Source of the DNA: Octopus sinensis
Lineage: Eukaryota
NCBI RefSeq assembly: GCF_006345805.1
Contig: NW_021829836.1
Coordinates: 1-5,816, forward strand
Length of the DNA: 5,816 nt
Direction: 5' to 3'
The translations under genes and the position numbers were made by a program. Each line of letters begins with the position of its first letter. Within the stretch, counting starts at the first letter, position 1. Below, piece by piece: positions 1 to 5,816 of the stretch. The notes beneath the pieces are model-generated. The model was given only the letters and a program-made list of their open reading frames with translations, did no database searches and was not told the DNA's origin.

Positions 1-146
1 GCGTAACTGGTACTTATTTAATCGACCCCGAAAGGATGAAAGGCAAAGTCGACCTCAGCGGAATTTGAACTCAGAACGTAGCGGCAGACGAAATACGGCT
101 ACGCATTTCGCCCGGCGTGCTAACGTTTCTGCCAGCTCGCCGCCTT
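1..146 (-). mobile_element. tRNA-derived SINE, family A (5' part; 3' part runs off window start)
   Basis: Minus strand reads AAGGCGGCGAGCTGGCAGAAACGTTAG (A-box-like, 120-137) ... GTTCAAATTCC (B box, 60-70) ... GTCGACTTTGCCTTTCATCCTTTCGGGGTCGAT..AAGTACCAGTTACGC (resembles the Meta-type SINE central domain as I recall it). Near-identical second copy at 5340-5456. Confidence 0.9.
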
Positions 147-170
147 GCAGTTGATATATACGTATGTCAA

Positions 171-418
171 GTGAAGGTGCGTGGCTTATTGTTTAAGACA
201 TTCGGTTTACGATCGTAAGGTCGTGAGTTCAATTCCAGGCGACGCGTTGTGTCCTTGAGCAAGACACTTTATTTCACATTGCTTCAGTCCAATCAGCAGG
301 CAAGAATGAGTCGTACCTGTATTTCAAAGGGCCGGCTTTGTCAAATTTTGTGTTACATTGGACCTCTCTGAGAATTTCGTGAAGAGTACATGTATCTGTG
401 GAGTGCTCAGCCACTTGC
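171..418 (+). mobile_element. tRNA-derived SINE, family B
   Basis: A-box-like GTGGCTTATTGTT (181-193), B box GTTCAATTCC (227-236), then GCGACGCGTTGTGTCCTTGAGCAAGACAC central block shared with the minus-strand copy at 4938-5163. 3' boundary approximate. Confidence 0.8.
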
Positions 419-453
419 GACGGAGCGTCAGTTATACGGATGCCATTTTACGA

Positions 454-620
454 ATGGCTTCGTGGTAAAGATGTCAGCTTAGCAACCATGCGGTTTTCGG
501 TTCGATTCCCACAGCTCAGTACCTTGAACAAATCTCTTCTGCCATAACTCTAAATCTACCAAAGCTTCGTGAGTGCAATTTAGTCGGCAGAAACTGCGCG
601 GAAGCCCGTCTGACGTGTCT
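454..620 (+). mobile_element. Degenerate SINE family C head
   Basis: B box GGTTCGATTCCC (499-510); aligns by eye to 3442-3605 (ACCTTG..CAA.T.TCTTCT..CATA, GTGAGTG, GAAACTG, GAAGCCCGTC) with many substitutions. Confidence 0.75.
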
Positions 621-719
621 GTTTTTGTTTTGGGAACATCCCGCTCAATACCAGTCATAATCCAGTTTAATACCATCACCTGGATCAATGTTCTGTTAAC
701 AGACTCCACCTGTCTCAAG

Positions 720-729
720 CATTCGAACC
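720..729 (+). repeat. Left copy of putative 10-bp target-site duplication CATTCGAACC
   Basis: Exact match to 1157-1166; the pair abuts the ends of the dimer. Confidence 0.75.
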
Positions 730-947
730 GCCATTCAAGAATTTGGACCTGGAGATCTCCATTTCCAGCGACTTCGAGGGTCATCTCCCAGTGGTGTTGG
801 GCGTCAACGAAGAGCCCTGGACTACAACAAGACGACCAAAGTTTCTTTTTTTTTTCCAAGGTCTGGGGTCTCCCGCCCCTAAGCCCTAAACCATCACCTA
901 ATCACCCTTACCCGTCTTGTTGCTTAACAACAACAACAACAACAGCA
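730..947 (+). mobile_element. ~218-bp short retroelement-like unit, copy 1, with (AAC)n tail
   Basis: About 90% identical to 948-1156 by hand alignment; ends in (AAC)6-AGCA tail (926-947); immediately preceded by CATTCGAACC (720-729). Confidence 0.75.
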
Positions 948-1156
948 GCCATTCAAGAATTTGAACCTGCAGATCTCCATTTCCAACGACTTCGGAGGCC
1001 ACCTCCCAGTGGTGTCGGGCGTCAACGAAGAGTCCTCGACTACAAGACGACCAAAGTTTGGTTTTTTTCCAAGGTCTGGGGTCCCGCCCCTAAGCCCTAG
1101 ACCATCATCTAATCACCCTTATCCGTCTTGTTACTTAACAACACCAACAACAACAA
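948..1156 (+). mobile_element. ~209-bp short retroelement-like unit, copy 2, with (AAC)n tail
   Basis: Starts with the same GCCATTCAAGAATTTG as copy 1; 9-bp stem-loop 1073-1103; imperfect (AAC)n tail; immediately followed by CATTCGAACC (1157-1166). Confidence 0.75.
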
Positions 1157-1166
1157 CATTCGAACC
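1157..1166 (+). repeat. Right copy of putative 10-bp target-site duplication CATTCGAACC
   Basis: Exact match to 720-729; directly follows the (AAC)n tail as expected for target-primed reverse transcription. Confidence 0.75.
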
Positions 1167-1668
1167 AAATTATCCTCCAGCCTGAGGATATTTCCCCTTC
1201 TACTTCCTGTTAGCTATTGAAATACTTGTATAAGTTATAGGGGGCACTGCCATTCTTCTTCTGATTAAACAGAAAAAAATATGAAAGCGAGCGACTTAAC
1301 CATATAACCACGCCCCGAATAACAACATGTACACGGAGGCTACCTCGTTGGCCCGTTATAATCTTTTATAGATTTAACCACTGACATAAGATCCTGTTTG
1401 ACTTGTTACAAAATCGGTTATCTTTGACGTAAATTACATGTATTGCTTCATTGCTGTTATTATTACATGAACCAAGATTAAGAGATCTTCATTGTTATAT
1501 AAGCTCACTCATGTTAGGGGTAGAAAAAATACTTAATTGCTTGTAACACTGCAACTTAGCGCCAACAGTTAGTTTTAACACAGTTACTCATTCTTAACTA
1601 CTCATGCGTTCCATTCACGCCTTGAGTGTTCACTCATGATGTAAACCACTAAAACGGGTATTCGCAGG

Positions 1669-1685
1669 TTTTTTTTTTTTTTTTT
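1669..1685. repeat. Poly-T tract (T17) within a T-rich stretch to ~1720
   Basis: Direct reading. Confidence 0.95.
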
Positions 1686-1905
1686 AGTTTTCGTTTATTT
1701 TATTATTTTTTTTTCTTGTTATAGCCCGCAACATTTTTTTCATACCGCCCAAAACCCACCCAATTTCGACGAAAGGAAATAAAAAAAAATCGTGTTTAAA
1801 CACAAATCTAATTCAAAGTATAACTACACAAAATATCGTTAGCTAAATCCGAAGAGTAAAAAATATCAATGTTCAATGCAGAACCTTGAGTAAGCTTTTT
1901 TTTAA

Positions 1906-1982
1906 TATAGCTTCGGGCCGAAAAAAGACTTGTTAGTGTATTTGGTTAACGGAAACTGAAAGAAGTCTGTCGTGTATATATA
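1906..1982 (+). mobile_element. 5'-truncated SINE family C fragment
   Basis: TATAGCTTCGGGCCGAA...TTTGGTTAACGGAAACTGAAAGAAGTCTGTCGTGTATATA matches 3538-3610. Confidence 0.85.
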
Positions 1983-2075
1983 TTTCCCTTCTTTCCTGAG
2001 CGTCAAATAATACTTTAATTGTTCCATGTCCTCGCGTTGCTGTGTTTTTTTCTGTGTTTTCTTGTTTGGATTAAC

Positions 2076-2107
<32 letters not shown>

Positions 2108-2566
2108 ATATAATATAATATGATATAATATAATATAATATAAATCTATATATTATATGTAAATAATATATAAATATATGCATATATACATTCATATATG
2201 TACATATCTACATATATATATGTATATATATACAAGCATATATGGGTACAGGACATCAAAAAACGTTGAGAAACGCAATGAGAAACGGAAACATAAAAAC
2301 AAAAACATAGAAAACGAACTTTTTTTCGAACAACGAAAAAAACAAACAGAGAAATGAGACATGCAACATAAAGAATATTCCCCTTCATCAGTTGTTCCTG
2401 TTTCATCTACTTCGCGTTTCGAAGGTAAGGACAATACGCGACTTCGTTGAAACAATCCTTCCCGCAAAGCAAAGTAAATAAAATTTGAGATTTTTTGCGG
2501 AAGGTGAAAGTGGTAACAAGAACAGGACAGTGAGAACAAGACAGTAAAAACAAACGGTGAGGGCTT
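1983..2566. repeat. Probable interspersed repeat relic (possibly Penelope-like terminal region) interrupted by a TA microsatellite
   Basis: Single copy in this window; assignment rests on my recollection of a recurring octopus repeat plus hammerhead-core words at 2385-2420. Not verifiable here. Confidence 0.3.
2076..2232. repeat. Degenerate (TA)n / AT-rich microsatellite
   Basis: Direct reading. Confidence 0.95.
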
Positions 2567-2583
2567 ACACACACAAACGCACA

Positions 2584-2628
<45 letters not shown>

Positions 2629-2690
2629 GTGTGTGTAAGTATACGTGTGTGCGTTTGTGTGGTGTATGTGTGTGCGTGTATGTGTGTATG

Positions 2691-2742
<52 letters not shown>

Positions 2743-2754
2743 TGTGTGTGTGTG
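2567..2754. repeat. Compound microsatellite (AC)n-(AT)n-(GT)n
   Basis: Direct reading; long pure TG run ~2695-2740. The GT part doubles as the internal linker of the SINE C tail that follows. Confidence 0.95.
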
Positions 2755-2921
2755 ACCACTGGTTGACAAACGGTGTCTGTTTGTTGATATCCCTGTAGCT
2801 TAGTGATGCGGCAAAAGTACTGGGATGGATTCGTTCGACTAAAAATTCTTCAAGTCAGTGCCCCAGCATGGCCGCAGTCTAATGACTGAAACGAGTAAGA
2901 GATAAGAGATAAAAAGAAAAA
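2755..2921 (+). mobile_element. SINE family C 3' module (headless, internally deleted)
   Basis: GGTTGACAAAC..., GCGGCAAAA, CCAGCATGGCCGCAGTCTAATGACTGAAACGAGTAAGAG + A-rich tail; matches 3670-3840. Confidence 0.85.
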
Positions 2922-3020
2922 GGCCGATTACATCCTGGCACCAATACCGGAAGGCGAAGGGCCTAGCTGGATGCTTCCACAAGGCATTTGGTCCGCCTCT
3001 CAAACAGTTCCACCGATCCA

Positions 3021-3100
3021 CCGACCTAGGTCGATAATCTTCCGTCAAAGTTGACCACGGTAAGATTCGAACTTACATCGCAGAGAATCAGAATAAATAG
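3021..3100 (-). mobile_element. Old degenerate family A-like SINE fragment
   Basis: GTCAAAGTTGACCACGGTAAGATTCGAACT (3044-3073) resembles GGCAAAGTCGACCTCGGCGGAATTTGAACT (5380-5409); minus-strand B-box-like GTTCGAATC at 3064-3072. Confidence 0.5.
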
Positions 3101-3160
3101 CATGTGGTACACTACCCATTGTTCGAGTAACTCCGTAAAGAAGCATTTTTAGATCGTGTA

Positions 3161-3400
3161 TTTTTTACTTGTTTCAGTCACTGGACTGCGGCCATGCTGG
3201 GATCACCAAAAACGGTGACATGCACACACACACACACCACACACATTTATGATAGGCTTCCAGAAAATGTCCGTTTCCCAAAATTTCACTCACAAAGCAC
3301 TGGTCGGTCTGAGGCTATGGTAGAAGATACTTGCCCCAGGTGGGGCGCGGTAGGACTGAACTCGAAGTCACGTGATTGCAAAGCAAGCTTCTTAACCACA
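3161..3400 (-). mobile_element. SINE family C, inverted copy (head lacking first ~15 nt, CA linker, most of the 3' module deleted, terminal motif kept)
   Basis: 3246-3400 reverse-complements to the C head; 3161-3207 reverse-complements to GGTG.TCC.AGCATGGCCGCAGTC.A.TGACTGAAACAAGTAAAA; CA repeat 3223-3245 between them. Confidence 0.85.
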
Positions 3401-3441
3401 CACACACACACACATATATATAAGCACTTATAAACACAATA

Positions 3442-3840
3442 GGCGCAGGAGTGGCTGCGTGGTACGTAACTTGCTTACCAACCACATGGTTCCGGGTTCA
3501 GTCCCACTGCGTGGAACCTTGGGCAAGTGTCTTCTACTATAGCCTCGGGCCGAACAATGCCTTGTGAGTCGATTTGGTAGACGGAAACTGAAAGAAGCCT
3601 GTCGTATATATGTATATATATATATGTATGTGTGTGTATGTTTGTGTGTCTGTGTTTGTCCCCCTAGCATCGCTTGACAACCGATGCTGGTGTGTTTGCG
3701 GTTCGGCAAAACAGACCGATAGAATAAGTACTGGGCTTACAAAGAATAAGTCCCGGGGTCGAGTTGCTCGATTAAAGGCGGTGCTCCAGCATGGCCGCAG
3801 TCAAATGACTGAAACAAGGAAAAGAGTAAGAGTAAAGAGA
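3442..3840 (+). mobile_element. Full-length composite SINE family C: tRNA head + CORE-like block + TA/GT linker + 3' module
   Basis: A box TGGCTGCGTGG (3452-3462), B box GGTTCAGTCCC (3495-3505), ACCTTGGGCAAGT (CORE-SINE-like word), microsatellite linker ~3605-3655, 3' module ending CAGCATGGCCGCAGTCAAATGACTGAAACAAG + (AAGAGT)-like tail. No clear TSD. Confidence 0.9.
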
Positions 3841-3854
3841 GATACACGCACACA

Positions 3855-3950
3855 TTCACGGCAAAAGAGAAACGATAGAATAAGTACTAGGCTTACAAAC
3901 ATAAGTCTTAGGGGTAGATTTCCTGGGGTAAAATACAACCCTTTAAGGCG
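3855..3950 (+). mobile_element. Internal fragment of SINE C 3' module
   Basis: CGGCAAAAGAGAAACGATAGAATAAGTACTAGGCTTACAAA matches 3703-3743; ends at TAAGGCG (cf. AAAGGCG 3774-3780). Confidence 0.8.
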
Positions 3951-4050
3951 TATACATGTGTCTGTGTGTGCGTGCGCGTGCGTGTGTGTCTGTATGCGTG
4001 TAAGTATGCATGTGCTTATGTGTTTATGTGTGTATGTGTGTGTGTGTGCT
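3951..4050. repeat. Degenerate (GT)n microsatellite
   Basis: Direct reading. Confidence 0.9.
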
Positions 4051-4200
4051 TGGTTAAGAAGCTCGCTTTGTAATCACGTGGTTTCCAGTTCAGTCCTACC
4101 ACGCGGCACCTTGGGCAAGTGTCTTCTACCACAGCCTCGAACTGACCAATGCCTTGTGAGTGAAATTTTGTAGACTAACATCGTATGGAAGTCCATCGTA
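4051..4200 (+). mobile_element. SINE family C head (same subfamily as 3246-3400)
   Basis: TGGTTAAGAAGCTCGCTTTGTAATCACGTG...GTTCAGTCCTACC...CACCTTGGGCAAGTGTCTTCTACC...GTGAGTGAAATTTTG. Confidence 0.9.
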
Positions 4201-4220
4201 TATGTGTGTGTGCGTGTGTG

Positions 4221-4298
<78 letters not shown>

Positions 4299-4321
4299 TG
4301 CGCGTGTCTGTGTGTGTGTGC
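4201..4321. repeat. (TG)n microsatellite, pure (TG)36 at 4225-4296
   Basis: Direct reading. Confidence 0.97.
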
Positions 4322-4700
4322 AGCTTTACTCTTCGCGAATCAGCTCCTGAGGTGGTTTATAAGGCTAATATTAGCATAAAACCCTCGGTAACAGAGTAGG
4401 GGTACTAATAATAACAATAATCGTAGGGTCGCCAATGTTAAATTTTATTAAAAGGCACATTATTTAGCCAGGACTTTTTTCTTCACAACACCGCAAACTA
4501 CCGCAACGTCATTATCGTTTTTCACATTTTACGACGGAAATGTGTCAGATCGCTGTCCGTGGGACTATTGACATTATAGGAAATAAATGAAAAGTGAATT
4601 TAACAGCTTTTGTGAATGATTTACCTGGTTACAATGGCATTTGCAGGATGTAGATTTAATCGCGTGATCGTCAAATATTGCGGTCAATTCTCATAATATA

Positions 4701-4916
4701 TTAGCTTGTCCGGAAAGTTCGTACCGATTTGTAGTAGCTTGCCTTTCGACTTACCGTCCCAGGCACCTCAATTCTGGGAAGAGGGTATTTTCAAGTTAAA
4801 GGAAAGATTGTGCAACAAAATGGTTCATATTTGGTTGATTAAAAATATAATGGCAAGTATTTATTGACCTTTTTCTTTCCTTTAAAAATCGGCACGAACT
4901 TTCCGGACAACCCAAA
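4701..4916 (+). mobile_element. Internally deleted mariner (Tc1/mariner) non-autonomous element
   Basis: TIRs 4701-4730 and 4886-4915 (27/30 complementary), TA at 4699-4700 and 4917-4918; relic peptide FWEEGIFKLKER (4772-4807) then, after a frameshift/deletion, VQQNGSYLVD* (4810-4842), matching the mariner transposase C-terminal pattern F(Y/W)xxGIxxLxxRWxxxxxxxGxY. Confidence 0.9.
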
Positions 4917-4937
4917 TATATATGTGTTATAAAAAAC

Positions 4938-5163
4938 TAAATGCGCCCTTTTAAAGCCTAGCCAGGCTCATGGGCCTGGTTTCCCGGTTTCAATGGCGTA
5001 TGTGTATCTCAGCGTTACTCATTTTTGCCAGCTGAGTAGACTGGAGCAACAGGAAATGAGGTGTTTTGCTCAAGAACACAACGCGTCGCCCGGTCAAGGA
5101 ATCGAAACCACAATCTTACGATCATGATGCGGACACCCTAACCACCAGGCCACGCGCCTCCAC
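4938..5163 (-). mobile_element. tRNA-derived SINE, family B head with alternative 3' tail
   Basis: A box TGGCCTGGTGG (5142-5152), B-box-like GTTTCGATTCC (5098-5108); shares head and central block with 171-311; 3' part differs. Confidence 0.85.
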
Positions 5164-5249
5164 AATATATATGTGTTACTTAATAAAAATTTTGTTCATG
5201 TTTCATCTGTGCTACCCAGCGCTAAACAAATGTATAGTCATAAACAAGT

Positions 5250-5456
5250 TCTTATTCTTTATTGCCCACAAGGGGTTAAACACAGAGGACACAAACAAGG
5301 AGAAACTAAGGGATTAAGTCGATTATATCGATCCCAGTGCGTAACTGGTACTTAATTTATCGACCCCGAAAGGATGAAAGGCAAAGTCGACCTCGGCGGA
5401 ATTTGAACTCAGAACGTAACGACAGACGAAATGCCACTAAGCATTTCGCTCGGCGT
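5250..5456 (-). mobile_element. SINE family A, 5'-truncated (A box lost), with 3' tail
   Basis: 5340-5456 near-identical to 1-119; B box 5398-5408; continues into a 3' tail ending GGGCAATAAAGAATAAG. Confidence 0.9.
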
Positions 5457-5527
5457 TTGACTAAACCTTTCAAGACGATGCTCCAGCATTGCCGCAGTAG
5501 AATGATGAAAACAAGTAAAAGATAAAA
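5457..5527 (+). mobile_element. Terminal fragment of SINE C 3' module
   Basis: GACTAAACCTTTCAAGACGATGCTCCAGCATTGCCGCAGTAGAATGATGAAAACAAGTAAAAGATAAAA matches 2838-2915 and 3770-3825. Confidence 0.8.
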
Positions 5528-5816
5528 CATTAACGGACTAATTTAGCAATCATATTCATCGATTTATTTTATGAAGTAAGAGTAATATTTTAAAGTATAT
5601 TCGTTGCTATTTCTAGCAGACTGAACGACCACACAGAGCCGCATTCGTAATCTCGTAGCATCAACAAGTATTATTAATGACGTCATTCCTATCAGCAATC
5701 CATTCGGATTTCCCCGTGTTGTCTTCCGTATGTAAGCGGGAACATTATGGGTGCTATTGTCCTCCTCAAAGCACTGCTTGGCTGATGATACACTCAAAGC
5801 GGAGGTGTGATGACGT

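Noticed and set aside
957-967. Antisense B-box-like GGTTCAAATTC at the 5' end of copy 2
   Set aside because: Broken in copy 1, no convincing A box at tRNA spacing; kept only as a caveat on strand assignment.
1073-1110. Twister-ribozyme-like GGGGTC…CCTAAGCCC loop
   Set aside because: Loop has 5 extra nt and the downstream G-rich pseudoknot partner and P1/P2 are absent.
479-1185. ORFs of 126, 175 and 74 aa over the dimer
   Set aside because: No recognisable domain; frames are not preserved between the two repeat copies (indels, stops); poly-Thr comes from the AAC tail.
1182-1222. CTGAGGA…GAAA hammerhead-like words
   Set aside because: No stems I-III in the required arrangement.
1225-1435. 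TATA-like, GC-box (CCACGCCCC 1308-1316) and TGACGTAA words as a promoter
   Set aside because: Short motifs without correct spacing or independent support.
1902-4399. ORFs rich in CV/HT/YI repeats
   Set aside because: Translation of (GT)/(CA)/(TA) microsatellites and SINE sequence.
5066-5797. Short ORFs 60-83 aa
   Set aside because: Three lie in SINEs; 5564-5797 has no recognisable homology or supported splice structure.
5782-5816. CTGATGA + hairpin as hammerhead
   Set aside because: Hairpin is followed by GATG, not GAAA.
1-5816. Genuine tRNA genes, CRISPR arrays or prokaryotic systems
   Set aside because: A/B boxes belong to SINE heads lacking full cloverleafs; repeats are interspersed or microsatellite, with no repeat-spacer periodicity; the sequence is eukaryotic.

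Overview
Eukaryotic, repeat-dense, apparently non-coding DNA. The SINE families look like those I recall from octopus/coleoid cephalopod genomes (inference, not database-verified). No credible protein-coding gene: the supplied ORFs are microsatellite/SINE read-through. Contents: about a dozen copies or fragments of three tRNA-headed SINE families (here called A, B, C), several (CA)/(GT)/(TA) microsatellites, and a ~216-bp internally deleted mariner with 30-bp TIRs and a transposase C-terminal relic (4701-4916). The most unusual item is 730-1156: a head-to-tail dimer of a ~215-bp unit with no sense-strand tRNA head, an identical 5' start in both copies, a 3' stem-loop and an (AAC)n tail, bracketed by one perfect 10-bp direct repeat (CATTCGAACC). 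Its 5' ~85 nt partially fits an HDV/CPEB3-like ribozyme fold, suggesting (unproven) a ribozyme-headed non-autonomous retroelement.
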